Virus record (IMG/VR): IMGVR_UViG_3300025134_000002
Location: 1-52,958 of that record
Strand: one strand, 5' to 3'
Length of the DNA: 52,958 nucleotides
Source: a virus
Taxonomy: Duplodnaviria; Caudoviricetes
The first letter of the stretch is position 1. Each line of letters opens with the position of its first letter. This document shows positions 9,442 to 18,297 of the stretch, piece after piece. Under the pieces are notes generated by a model. The model searched no databases and had not been told where the DNA came from. It worked only from the letters and a program-made list of their open reading frames with translations. Position numbers and translations under genes: made by a program.

Positions 9442-10789
9442 TCACGCAGCCCCTTTCTTCAGCAATAGTCAGGATCTCATCGTCAATCTCGCAGCCAAGT
9501 CCGACACGTCCAAGGCGCTCGGCTGCTAGCACCAGTGCCCCCGTTCCCGCGAATGGGTCGAGGACGAGGTCGCCCGGCTTTGTGGCATGCCGGACGAGGC
9601 GCTCGGCCAACTCGTCGGGCTTCTGCCACTTGTGGTAGTGGTCTCCTACTCGTGGGTCGGGTACATTGACCACATGAACGCTGAACTGCTCCATGATGTC
9701 CGGGCAGTCAAGCGGGGGTGCATGGGGCCCAAAAAAATAAAGGATTGCTTGCCAATTCATCTTGTAGTCCATCTTTGGGCTGGGCCCGAGTCGGTTCTGG
9801 TATGTCCAGACCAAGATGTTCACCAACTCCATGCCCGCCCGATCTGCCGTCAGGTATGCCAGTAGTTCGTCTGGATATGATCCGATGAAGATGTATGCTC
9901 GGCCGGTGGGCTTCACTTTGGCAAGCGCAACAGGCATCCACCGATGCGCGAGAGCTTGAATGTCCGGAATGTCCGTCGAATACGGCGGATCGGTCAGCAG
10001 GAGGTCGCATGGCTCTTGCTGCGGTAGCCAATCTTCAAATGACTGATGCCATATGCGAGCGCGGCGCGGGAGTGAGAGTACCTGATCTCTGGCGTACTGC
10101 TTCCGCCGCTCTATCAGCAATTCGTGCTTGCGGCGTTTTATGGCGCTGGAATGCGGTACCAGCGTTCCAGCCAGTACCTCATCAATCAGCGTCGTCCGCT
10201 CCTCCTCGTCATTGGATTTCAGAATTTCACTGGCGGCCGGCAGAGAGAGCCTATCGGCGCGTATCACCTCAATAAGCTCGGGTGCCTCATTTGTCACCTT
10301 CTTTGCCAGTCCGATGTAATCGCCGCTTACCCCCGCCAGTGCTCCCGCAATATCTGCTGCCTTACCGAGATCGATAGCCGATTTATCGGCTATCGATTTG
10401 CCCGGAGCGGTGTACTCTCTGCGCTTGCGGGCTGCGGCTTCGATGGCAGGTAAGACTTTATCGGCATAGGTTATCGCCCATTGGCTCTGGCTCATGTGCC
10501 GGTGGACCTTATTCAGGCCAACGACAAAGCCGATGAGTTCGAGTTCGTCAGTTCCTTCCCATACAGAGAACCGAGGCTCAATACCTGTTACCAGACATGC
10601 TTCATAGCGATGGCGTCCATCTACGATCTGGCCCTGGTAGAGCCATATCGGCATGAGTAGTCCCTGACGACGGATGTCCTCTACCAGGTCCTCCATCTGC
10701 TCATCCGGCAAGTCCGGAAACATGAGGCAGATGGGATGATAGGGATAGCGCTGTGCCGCTTCATCCGAAGCCGCCTGTACCAACGTCAT
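9425..10789 (-). CDS. ParB-like domain fused to N4/N6 DNA methyltransferase (beta order)
   Basis: IVDGRHRY ParB-like motif; LTDPPY, then HKWQKP and VLDPFAGTG; GAGGAG RBS before 10789. Confidence 0.9.
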   Translation of the reverse strand: MTLVQAASDEAAQRYPYHPICLMFPDLPDEQMEDLVEDIRRQGLLMPIWLYQGQIVDGRHRYEACLVTGIEPRFSVWEGTDELELIGFVVGLNKVHRHMSQSQWAITYADKVLPAIEAAARKRREYTAPGKSIADKSAIDLGKAADIAGALAGVSGDYIGLAKKVTNEAPELIEVIRADRLSLPAASEILKSNDEEERTTLIDEVLAGTLVPHSSAIKRRKHELLIERRKQYARDQVLSLPRRARIWHQSFEDWLPQQEPCDLLLTDPPYSTDIPDIQALAHRWMPVALAKVKPTGRAYIFIGSYPDELLAYLTADRAGMELVNILVWTYQNRLGPSPKMDYKMNWQAILYFFGPHAPPLDCPDIMEQFSVHVVNVPDPRVGDHYHKWQKPDELAERLVRHATKPGDLVLDPFAGTGALVLAAERLGRVGLGCEIDDEILTIAEERGCVIERSQ

Positions 10790-11150
10790 GGACTCCTCTT
10801 GACCGATCTGGTAAACTGTGTGTAAGAGACAGCTAATCCCTGCCTCTTGGCTTCTTACTGGCCCGGCCATGTGCCGGGCCTCTTGCTTTCCTCGGAACCC
10901 GTGAGGAGGGCTGCGGGGTCTTCGATCCAGCAGTCCCCGCTTGATGCAACCCGATTGAATAAAGCGCCCCGCAGCTCCTCAGGGGTTGTGCCGCCAGCAG
11001 ATTCAACTCCACCGACGCGCTATGACGAGAACCGACTCCCCGTATTTACAGGCTTCTCCTTTCGAGATTCGCTAGCCGTCATAACAAGAGCCGGCGAAGT
11101 CGTGACGGCGTTCGACCATCCGCTGGCTACGAGAGAACTTCGGTATGTAC

Positions 11151-11405
11151 TCATCGATCCTGCTTCCGGACCCGCAGGTAGTCCTCAGAGACTCCGAGCA
11201 CTTGCGCATAGGCGCGCCGTGTTGGGCGCTGCAAGCTCCGCGTGTCGCCGCGCTCAATGCGGTATATCTGCGTGAGACTGACGCCAACGCGCTCAGCTAC
11301 TTCTTGCGCTGATAGGCCAAGTGCTTCGCGGCGACTCCGGATCCGGTCCTTCAGCGGGATGGCCAAGACATCCTCATCGGGAATCGAAATACCTGCGATG
11401 ACCAT
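11151..11405 (-). CDS. Cro-like XRE HTH regulator
   Basis: RIRSRREALGLSAQEVAERVGVSLTQIYRIERG; GGAGGAG RBS; divergent from repressor. Confidence 0.85.
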   Translation of the reverse strand: MVIAGISIPDEDVLAIPLKDRIRSRREALGLSAQEVAERVGVSLTQIYRIERGDTRSLQRPTRRAYAQVLGVSEDYLRVRKQDR

Positions 11406-11417
11406 TGCTCCTCCATC

Positions 11418-11471
11418 TGCTACGCATTACTGTAGCAAATGCATTATTGCACGACCATGCTATAATGTCAA
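11418..11471. promoter_or_regulatory. divergent promoter/operator region of genetic switch
   Basis: Minus-strand TTGACA-17-AATAAT; plus-strand TGCTATAAT 11458-11466; inverted repeat TGCTAC..GTAGCA 11418-11437. Confidence 0.55.
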
Positions 11472-11554
11472 CAGTGAATACTAAAGCGTCAGGACTCGAC
11501 TGTGATAGCAACTGCTCTATTCCCATCCTTCCAGATTCGGTGTACGGTTGTACT

Positions 11555-11932
11555 ATGGAAAAGCGTGAGACGGCAGGGGATCGGTTGCGTCGTGTGCGCG
11601 AAGCCCGTGGCCTTTCGCGCGCCAAGCTGGGCAGGTTTGCAGGCGTCGATGACGGAGCGATTTACCAGGTCGAAACCGGTAGGCGCCAGGGATTTCTTGA
11701 TGAGACATGGGAACGTCTTGCTGCAGTGCTTGACGTTAGTGCGGCCTACCTCAAATACGGGCGGGAATTCAAGGATGGGGCGGAATACGCAAGCATCGCG
11801 TTGACGCTCCGCCATACCTCGTCCCTGACGGAGGGAGACATCGCCTCCGTGGAGAAAATCATCCGTGCGCTTGAGCTTCAGCAACATGCTGAACAACTCC
11901 AACAGGAGAGGCACGAGAGAGATGCAGACTGA
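11555..11932 (+). CDS. CI/ImmR-like XRE repressor
   Basis: RLRRVREARGLSRAKLG..IYQVETG..LAAVLDVSAAYL; followed by ImmA-like gene; no SD, possibly leaderless. Confidence 0.85.
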   Translation: MEKRETAGDRLRRVREARGLSRAKLGRFAGVDDGAIYQVETGRRQGFLDETWERLAAVLDVSAAYLKYGREFKDGAEYASIALTLRHTSSLTEGDIASVEKIIRALELQQHAEQLQQERHERDAD

Positions 11933-12398
11933 TGAGCGCGCGGCCGCTTCCGACCTAGCGCGCCAGTCCCGTGCGCTGACAGCTCCAATCGATCTCCATC
12001 GGATAGCAGATCACTGTCGGCTGCGCATCACACGCTGGGAAACCTGCCCAGGAAAAATAGCAGGGTTGCTGTACCGAGGAACGTTTCGGGATGAGATCGT
12101 CGTCAACGGCAGGCACTCGCTCTTTCGCAGGCGCTTTACCATCGCCCACGAAATTGGGCATTGGTATCTGCGACATGAGGGCGCGCTATTCCTTCTGGCC
12201 GGTGAGCGGAACTGCCGCGATGACCAGGAGCGGTCGTCAAGCGTTTTCGCGGCGGAGCTCTTGATGCCTGGGCCGTTGCTCCGCGCGGAAATTCCGCTCG
12301 CTCACGATCTCAGGACGCTCTGCAGGCGGTTCCAGGTATCCGAGGTCGCTCTGTCTTACCAGTTGTCAGATCTCGGCCTGGACTTCCCGCAGAATTAG
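11922..12398 (+). CDS. ImmA/IrrE family metallopeptidase (anti-repressor)
   Basis: RRRFTIAHEIGH and FAAELLMP motifs. Confidence 0.92.
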   Translation: MQTDERAAASDLARQSRALTAPIDLHRIADHCRLRITRWETCPGKIAGLLYRGTFRDEIVVNGRHSLFRRRFTIAHEIGHWYLRHEGALFLLAGERNCRDDQERSSSVFAAELLMPGPLLRAEIPLAHDLRTLCRRFQVSEVALSYQLSDLGLDFPQN

Positions 12399-12530
12399 AC
12401 CGCCGCGGGGCCGCTCCTCCCCTCCGGGTGCGCCAGACAAGCGGCCCTTCCCGCGCGAACCTTCATTCACCTCCAGCCCGCGCCATTGCCTCATCATAGC
12501 GCACCGTCGCGTCTGCGTCGATACCAAAAT

Positions 12531-12710
12531 TCAGCGCGACCGTCTCGTCAGCCTGCAGGTCGGGCAAAACAGGTACGTGAACCGGCAACCGGCGTAGAGA
12601 AACGGGATGCCTCCGCACCGCGGGCAGCGGTCCCGCTCGAACTGCGCGGACGGCTTCTGCCGTCTTGGCCGCACCGCGTCCTCTCGCTCTCGCGCTTCCA
12701 TATGCTCCAT
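12531..12710 (-). CDS. small Zn-ribbon protein
   Basis: CPRC..CPTC; GGAGG RBS. Confidence 0.5.
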   Translation of the reverse strand: MEHMEAREREDAVRPRRQKPSAQFERDRCPRCGGIPFLYAGCRFTYLFCPTCRLTRRSR

Positions 12711-12804
12711 TATGCCTCCCCCATGTCTCGGAGTTCTACATTTGTAGTAAACTTCCACAGAAATAGTCCCGTCAAGAGCAGGGAGGCGCATCATAGCAGG
12801 AAAA

Positions 12805-13251
12805 TTGGGAGAGAGGGACCGCGAGAAGGTGAAGCGCCCGCCAGATCTGGATCGCGTCTATTACCTCTGTCAGTCGCTCATCGGCACTAGACCAACCGCT
12901 GAGGAAGCAGAAGAGCGGGTCCAGGAACAGGCTCGCGTGGATCGGGATGCTATTGAGGCGGTCGCACTCCGATTCCTGCGCATGATCGACCACGCCACGC
13001 CTGAAATGGTGGAGTTGTGGCGATCCGCAGGCGACCTGGATGAGGGCGTGGTTCTTGGCGACATTGACCGGCGGATGCGCGCCGAAGTAGCGAACATCTA
13101 TGGCGATTTCCACGAGCTTCTGCCGACGCGGCCGGAACGTGTGAATCACTATCGCTGGACCCAAACGCTGCTACAGGCCGGGGGAGGCGTCGTCGCTTTC
13201 CGAGACCGTCACGGCACGCGCGGGTCCGCCCCGTATTCCGCACCGGCCTAG
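12805..13251 (+). CDS. hypothetical protein
   Basis: 148-aa ORF with globular composition. Confidence 0.5.
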   Translation: MGERDREKVKRPPDLDRVYYLCQSLIGTRPTAEEAEERVQEQARVDRDAIEAVALRFLRMIDHATPEMVELWRSAGDLDEGVVLGDIDRRMRAEVANIYGDFHELLPTRPERVNHYRWTQTLLQAGGGVVAFRDRHGTRGSAPYSAPA

Positions 13252-13653
13252 CATGAAAATACCCGCTATCGTGACCATCAACATCTGGACTATTGGTCCG
13301 GCAGTCCTGCTACCGAGCATCTCCGTCTGGCAGGTTCCGAAGCAGCGTCCGACCGAGAGCGAAGAAGCAGCGCGCGGGTCGAGATATCAACACGACGTAA
13401 CGCTACGTGATACACTTGCCATAATAGATGACTGATTAACAACGCAACACGTTATGGCAACGTCCGGGATTTGGCCCGGACGCCACGGATCTTAGTTAGG
13501 GTCAACGCTCTAACACATGTAGGGTCTAGCCGTCAGCCTCGATGAGAGCCGCGGGGATCGCCCGTCTCGGAAGCGCAGAGCCGCTTCCGAATGAGCCGCC
13601 AGAGAGACACAGCTGGCGACTCGCACGCCTTCTTTGAACAGTAAGCCGCCGGC

Positions 13654-13670
13654 ACAGCTGGCGGCCTTTC
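13654..13670 (+). terminator. 3' arm and T tract of GC hairpin (stem GCCGCCGG/CTGGCGGC, 13645-13665) ending a structured leader
   Basis: GCCGCCGG-CACAG-CTGGCGGC followed by CTTTCT; weak U-tract. Confidence 0.35.
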
Positions 13671-13689
13671 TCGTTCCAGGAGGTGGGGT

Positions 13690-13941
13690 ATGACCGAACA
13701 GCGAGATCAGGGAGATGAGGCGAGTCTGGAGCGCGGTAGGCGGTACGCGCCGCTCTACGATCCAGCATTGACCGAAGAGCGGATGATTGCTCTCGGGAGT
13801 CCGGCTGAGTATCCTCCTCGGCACCGGCGAGGCCGGCACAACGAGTACTCGCGCTGCGTCGGGCCGTCCTACGGTATTACGGGACGATGGTTCGAGACGC
13901 ATGAGGACTTCGTATCCTTCCTGGCCGGGGAGGTGTCGTGA
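13690..13941 (+). CDS. hypothetical protein
   Basis: AGGAGGT RBS. Confidence 0.6.
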   Translation: MTEQRDQGDEASLERGRRYAPLYDPALTEERMIALGSPAEYPPRHRRGRHNEYSRCVGPSYGITGRWFETHEDFVSFLAGEVS

Positions 13942-14150
13942 TGGAGGCTGCGCCTTCGATGCGCTGTCCGTATTCCAAGTGTCGCCGGCGGTCCTACCTC
14001 GCGAATGCGGTCACGATGACCAGTCAAGGGGCGATGCCGGATCATCCCGGATCATCGACTTACGCCTTCGTCTGCTCTCGCCATCACGTCTTCACAGGGC
14101 ACACCGACGAAGCCCTTCAGGACCACTTAAAGAGATTGGGGGTGTCATGA
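13938..14150 (+). CDS. small Zn-binding protein
   Basis: CPYSKC..CSRHH; GGAGG RBS, coupled start. Confidence 0.55.
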   Translation: MMEAAPSMRCPYSKCRRRSYLANAVTMTSQGAMPDHPGSSTYAFVCSRHHVFTGHTDEALQDHLKRLGVS

Positions 14151-14222
14151 TGCCGCCTGATGTCATCGTGCTCCTCATCCTCACGTATGCCGTCTGCACC
14201 TATACCCGCGCGGATCATCGCC

Positions 14223-14981
14223 ATGAGTAGCAAGCAGGGCTCAGTCGTCTCATTTGTGGAGCGAAAGACGACGCACCATGTTGTTATCGCACGCTGGAAC
14301 GGCGACCCTGATCGGCAGATGGTGCTCATGGACCGCAACTGCACGGTCTATATCCGCTTTGAGACGCAGGTCGTTTTACCCGGCAACGATTGGTTTGGGC
14401 TCGTTCTCCTCCAACCGGCAGACGCCCTCGCACTGGAAGAAGACTTCGCGCGCATCCTGAAGAGCAAGCAGGCCAGAGCAGTGCTCAAGGGCGACTGGTG
14501 GCATCCCACGGAGCGCCAGGATAAGCGGACCGGGAAGATGGTGCCGCTCGTTGCGGAGGGCTACACGAAGCCGGGCGAGGCCATCACGGATACGCGCGGC
14601 AAGCCGGTGCGCCCGACTGGGCGCGGTGCGCTGCCCTCCTGCCAAGAACCACTGTCACTGACGGAGCGTGATCGACCGTCCCTGGTCGGACCCCAGTTCG
14701 AGCGATTCCTCGACCGCAATTTCGGGCGCTTACCTGGGGAGAAGAGTCCGGCGGAGATCGAGGAAGAGGACATTATCCGGCGGGAGCGAGCTGAAGAGAT
14801 CTGCCGGCTCCGCTACCCGCAGTTCTGGGAGGTATACCAGCCCCATTCTCACGACCTGGACAAGCTCACGGCGATTGCTGATCGGCTCGGCATCACCTAC
14901 GAGGCGACGAAGAAGCGATGGCAGCGCGGACACCAGTTCGTGGAGTCACGTATTGCGGCCTATGCCGGAGGCGGTACGTGA
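14223..14981 (+). CDS. putative late-gene activator with C-terminal sigma region-4-like HTH
   Basis: LTAIADRLGITYEATKKRWQRG; followed directly by TGTCCCC repeat motif. Confidence 0.6.
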   Translation: MSSKQGSVVSFVERKTTHHVVIARWNGDPDRQMVLMDRNCTVYIRFETQVVLPGNDWFGLVLLQPADALALEEDFARILKSKQARAVLKGDWWHPTERQDKRTGKMVPLVAEGYTKPGEAITDTRGKPVRPTGRGALPSCQEPLSLTERDRPSLVGPQFERFLDRNFGRLPGEKSPAEIEEEDIIRRERAEEICRLRYPQFWEVYQPHSHDLDKLTAIADRLGITYEATKKRWQRGHQFVESRIAAYAGGGT

Positions 14982-14992
14982 TCGGCCAGAAT

Positions 14993-15046
14993 GTTGTCCC
15001 CTTTTTACCCATGTCCCCTTCGATGTGTGGTATGGCTATGGTAGAG
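14993..15046 (+). promoter_or_regulatory. late promoter motif copy 1
   Basis: GTTGTCCCCTTTT..CCCATGTCCCC..GTGTGGTAT..GTAG, matches 20694-20747. Confidence 0.65.
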
Positions 15047-15292
15047 ACACTGGAACGAAGCTACCTTCCCTATCGCTGCTCCCGTTGCCGGAGGGGGAAC
15101 CTCTGCCTCGAGGCGCACCGCGAGCCGTATAAACGGACAGTCTTTGCCTTTCGCTGCCTCCAGTGCGGTCGCTGCGAAGGTGGGAGAGACGGCTACTGGC
15201 CTCGTGAGTTCCTGCTCGAGTTAGGCGTGTCAGCCGGTCAGCTTAATCGCGTAGAGCGCGGCGCGATCATTCCGCTCTGGCATGGTCCATGA
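15038..15292 (+). CDS. small Zn-ribbon protein (start uncertain)
   Basis: CSRC..CLQC. Confidence 0.5.
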   Translation: MVETLERSYLPYRCSRCRRGNLCLEAHREPYKRTVFAFRCLQCGRCEGGRDGYWPREFLLELGVSAGQLNRVERGAIIPLWHGP

Positions 15293-15311
15293 GTGTGGGA
15301 AGGGCTAGGCC

Positions 15312-15608
15312 ATGATGGTTCAGGGGAACTGCTCGAAATGCGGATCCAAAGATCAGCGCTATTGGGACCATGACGGAAAATTCAACTTCGCAGCCCTTCG
15401 GTGTCTCCAATGCGGGCAGATCGCGCAGTACGAGGATCGGCGAGGGAATGTGGTGGCTACCGTGCCGATGCCGCCAGAGTCAGGCACGAGCGTCGTGCCT
15501 GACGAGCGACGCTGGCGTCGTCTCGAAGAGAAGGTAAGCATTGCTGACCCGCTCACGCCGCGATTGCGTGAAGTCTATGAGCGCACGATGCCCAACTCGC
15601 TTCCTTGA
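15312..15608 (+). CDS. small Zn-ribbon protein
   Basis: CSKC..CLQC. Confidence 0.55.
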   Translation: MMVQGNCSKCGSKDQRYWDHDGKFNFAALRCLQCGQIAQYEDRRGNVVATVPMPPESGTSVVPDERRWRRLEEKVSIADPLTPRLREVYERTMPNSLP

Positions 15609-15724
15609 ACGGAAGAAGCCCCGCACATGGCAGGGCCTCCACTCGCACACCAGGCGCCCATCCGAACGCCCCTCTAGACAGCATAGCCGTCCACCTGGGC
15701 GGCATGTCAAAGGAGGCGCTCGCT

Positions 15725-16300
15725 ATGAAGCGCGTACTACTCATTTTCGGTCTGCTGTTTGTGGCGCTGGTCGCATTGCCGGCGACGGCTCACGCGGCCT
15801 CGAAGCATCGGGGAGGACACCTGCTCACGTGGTCCATCGAAACGGTTCACCTCGACTGGTCGACGATGACACGGGTCACGCACCGAGAGCGGCATGTCTA
15901 TGTGATCCACTACCCGAAGGGTCGGGTGATTGGGTATTGGAGCAGGCTGCGCCATTTGAGCCCACATATCCAGATCCAAGTCACCTATCCGCGGTACTGG
16001 ACGGCTCCCCGTTCGGTTCAACCGATCCGACCCAGCGGCGGTCAGCCCATGACCGTCTACACGACCGGCTATGACGACGTTGGACTCACCGCTTCTGGTT
16101 TGCCGGCGGGTTATGGCCGGGTCGCTGTCGATCCATCCGTGTTTTCACTGGGGACGCGATTCTGGATTCCGGGTTACGGGGATGCAGTCGCCGCTGACAC
16201 TGGCGTAGCTGTCATTGGTATGCGGTTAGATCTCTGGTTCCCCACTGCGAGCGAATGTTTCGCGAACACGGGGTATCGAACCATTTACGTGCTGCGATAG
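15725..16300 (+). CDS. secreted 3D-domain (MltA-like) cell-wall hydrolase
   Basis: Signal peptide MKRVLLIFGLLFVALVALPATAHA; TASG..VAVDP..LGTRFWIPGYG..AADTG..RLDLWF; AAGGAGG RBS. Confidence 0.88.
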   Translation: MKRVLLIFGLLFVALVALPATAHAASKHRGGHLLTWSIETVHLDWSTMTRVTHRERHVYVIHYPKGRVIGYWSRLRHLSPHIQIQVTYPRYWTAPRSVQPIRPSGGQPMTVYTTGYDDVGLTASGLPAGYGRVAVDPSVFSLGTRFWIPGYGDAVAADTGVAVIGMRLDLWFPTASECFANTGYRTIYVLR

Positions 16301-16324
16301 GAGCAGTTTCCTCAGAGGGTTTCT

Positions 16325-16564
16325 ATGAACTTCGAGTCGTTCTTGCGTCGACCTGACCTTGGCTCCGACTTTCGGCACGCTGACGGGTATTCGGCCAAGC
16401 AGAAGGCCGGCCAGCGCTGCCCGCAGCGCCGCTGCTCCGGCATGCTCGTTGCAGATCGCGGCTTTCGATTCCAAGATCGGGACCCAGAGACGGGCACAAC
16501 TATGGAGTGCGATAAGTGCCGCACGCATGTGTTCGTCCCTCATCCGACGAAGACTGTGAACTAG
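16325..16564 (+). CDS. small Zn-ribbon protein
   Basis: CPQRRC..CDKC. Confidence 0.5.
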   Translation: MNFESFLRRPDLGSDFRHADGYSAKQKAGQRCPQRRCSGMLVADRGFRFQDRDPETGTTMECDKCRTHVFVPHPTKTVN

Positions 16565-16582
16565 CCGCCGAAGGGTCTGATC

Positions 16583-16822
16583 ATGCCGCTTTACCGCGTC
16601 GTAGTCTTCAACTCGGATACCGGTGAGCGGCAGGTCAGGAACTGTTTGGGAGCGACGTTTGCCGATGCGCAAGAGCGTGCTTTGCTCGTCTCTTTTCGGA
16701 AACGTCATTGGAGGCGCGCCGTCGCCCAGGCTCAGGTTCCTGCATCCGCTTGGTGTGAACGCGACCGGTTCCACTCAGAGCATGCCACCCAACAGTGGGC
16801 GCGCTACCGGATGGTTGGCTGA
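16583..16822 (+). CDS. hypothetical protein
   Basis: Last ORF of rightward block. Confidence 0.4.
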   Translation: MPLYRVVVFNSDTGERQVRNCLGATFADAQERALLVSFRKRHWRRAVAQAQVPASAWCERDRFHSEHATQQWARYRMVG

Positions 16823-17289
16823 CTGATCTTAGCTTCGATCGCATCCAACGCCAGCCACAGCATCTCGGGATGCTCGATGCGCAACTCGCCGCGTTCCCAG
16901 CGTGCGAGCGCATTCGGATGAAAGCCGATCCGCTCAGCTAATTGCGCCTGAGTCAGTCCAAGAACGCGCCGGCGCAAGCGCAGCTTCTCCGCATCCTTGG
17001 TCGTGGCCTCTTCGCCCTCTGTTTCTGGCGATGGGATCCCAAAAAACGCTCGGAACTCCTCGATCAGTCCACCCGGAGGCAAGGGGCTCGGTGCATAGTT
17101 GTTCTCGATATTGCGCCACGCGGTGGGCGATGTGATCTTCTGACCGTCGATCATGAGGATATAGCCGTAGTCCTCCATGTCTGGGCGAACGGAAACGACG
17201 CGGACCTGGAGGTCCGCGTATTCCCGATGAATGTCCCACGCCAGATTTTCAGCGTGCTGGCGCTTCACGTTCCTGATCCCAAATCCCAA
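16804..17289 (-). CDS. protein with C-terminal XRE HTH
   Basis: LRLRRRVLGLTQAQLAERIGFHPNALARWERGE. Confidence 0.8.
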   Translation of the reverse strand: MGFGIRNVKRQHAENLAWDIHREYADLQVRVVSVRPDMEDYGYILMIDGQKITSPTAWRNIENNYAPSPLPPGGLIEEFRAFFGIPSPETEGEEATTKDAEKLRLRRRVLGLTQAQLAERIGFHPNALARWERGELRIEHPEMLWLALDAIEAKISQPTIR

Positions 17290-17513
17290 CCATAGGATTC
17301 TACGACCATGTCGTTCGGATCAATCGCTCCGCTACGGAGCAGTTGAGCGACGAGGTCGGCCTCGCTCGCCGCGTGAAATTGACCCGTGCCGAGCGTCTGA
17401 TGGTAGACGCCCTCGCGCTCTCCGCGCGAAAATAGTCCGCTGCCATCACTGTTGACGGCGTAGACGCGGATCACATCATCCTCGGCTCGCTTGACTTCAA
17501 TTCGCTTCATCAT
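17265..17513 (-). CDS. hypothetical protein
   Basis: GAGGAG RBS. Confidence 0.6.
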   Translation of the reverse strand: MMKRIEVKRAEDDVIRVYAVNSDGSGLFSRGEREGVYHQTLGTGQFHAASEADLVAQLLRSGAIDPNDMVVESYGWDLGSGT

Positions 17514-17536
17514 CGCGCTCCTCTTCTTTCTGGGCG

Positions 17537-17758
17537 TTATCGCCCGTATCCATCGCCGTCATTGTCGGTTTCCCAGCAGGTCGGGCAACACGTGCCGAGC
17601 GACTCATTCATCAGGTTGCTGCGGTAGGTCGGTCGGCCGCAGTTCGAGCAGTCGATGACCTCGGCTCGCGGCATGTGCCGTGCGGCCTCGATCTCAGCGA
17701 GCGCTTCTTTGGTTGTGTCAACGTCTGCGGGGACTCGTCCTATTCCGTACTCTGTCAC
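17537..17758 (-). CDS. small Zn-finger protein
   Basis: CSNC..CPTC; AGGAGG RBS before GTG 17758. Confidence 0.55.
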   Translation of the reverse strand: MTEYGIGRVPADVDTTKEALAEIEAARHMPRAEVIDCSNCGRPTYRSNLMNESLGTCCPTCWETDNDGDGYGR

Positions 17759-17768
17759 CTCATTCCTC

Positions 17769-18227
17769 CTAGTGGCAGTTCTCGCACGTAGCGAGCCTAA
17801 ATTGTCGGTTCCAGAACATCGTGTCGCCGATGTTGATCGGTTGACTGCACCGGCTGCACTCACCGGCGTACTTCGCGGGCATCTTCACATCCGCCTTGTC
17901 GATAGACTCTCGCATCCGGCGAACCGCTTTGAATCCAGCTTTGCTGCCCTTACCGTAGAGTCCCTCGACGAGCTGCCGGTTGACCTCGGCCACGAGCTCC
18001 GAGCGCGTCATACTCTTGCAGGAGCCGGAGAGGTTCCCACCGTTGACATACTGGCGGAGGTCCTCACGGTCCTGCGCGTTACGGGCGCGCTGCTCGATCT
18101 CCTGATCGCTCATCGGGTTGAAGTTCTCAGATCGCGCCTTCGCAGCGGCTTGCGCAGCTGCCTGAGCCGCTTCGCTGACCGCGCTCCAGGAGACCATCTC
18201 CTCGGTGATCTGCGTTCCCTTTCTCAT
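17769..18227 (-). CDS. hypothetical protein with C-terminal Zn-binding motif
   Basis: AKYAGECSRC..INIGD..CENC; directly downstream of promoter 18251-18279. Confidence 0.65.
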   Translation of the reverse strand: MRKGTQITEEMVSWSAVSEAAQAAAQAAAKARSENFNPMSDQEIEQRARNAQDREDLRQYVNGGNLSGSCKSMTRSELVAEVNRQLVEGLYGKGSKAGFKAVRRMRESIDKADVKMPAKYAGECSRCSQPINIGDTMFWNRQFRLATCENCH

Positions 18228-18250
18228 CTCTATCCTCACTCTCTACCTCT

Positions 18251-18297
18251 AGTATACACACTCACGGATAGTTACGCAAGTGACAACGGGAGTGTAG
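18251..18297 (-). promoter_or_regulatory. sigma70 promoter TTGCGT-17-TATACT with upstream CTACACTCCCGT box
   Basis: -10 at 18251-18256, -35 at 18274-18279, box at 18286-18297. Confidence 0.7.

Noticed and set aside
10985-11140. tRNA-like fragments on the minus strand (TAGCCAGCGGATGGT; GGAGTTGAATC)
   Set aside because: No complementary acceptor stem or proper anticodon arm.
13520-13600. Hammerhead ribozyme (GATGAG)
   Set aside because: Lacks the CUGAUGA and properly placed GAAA core.
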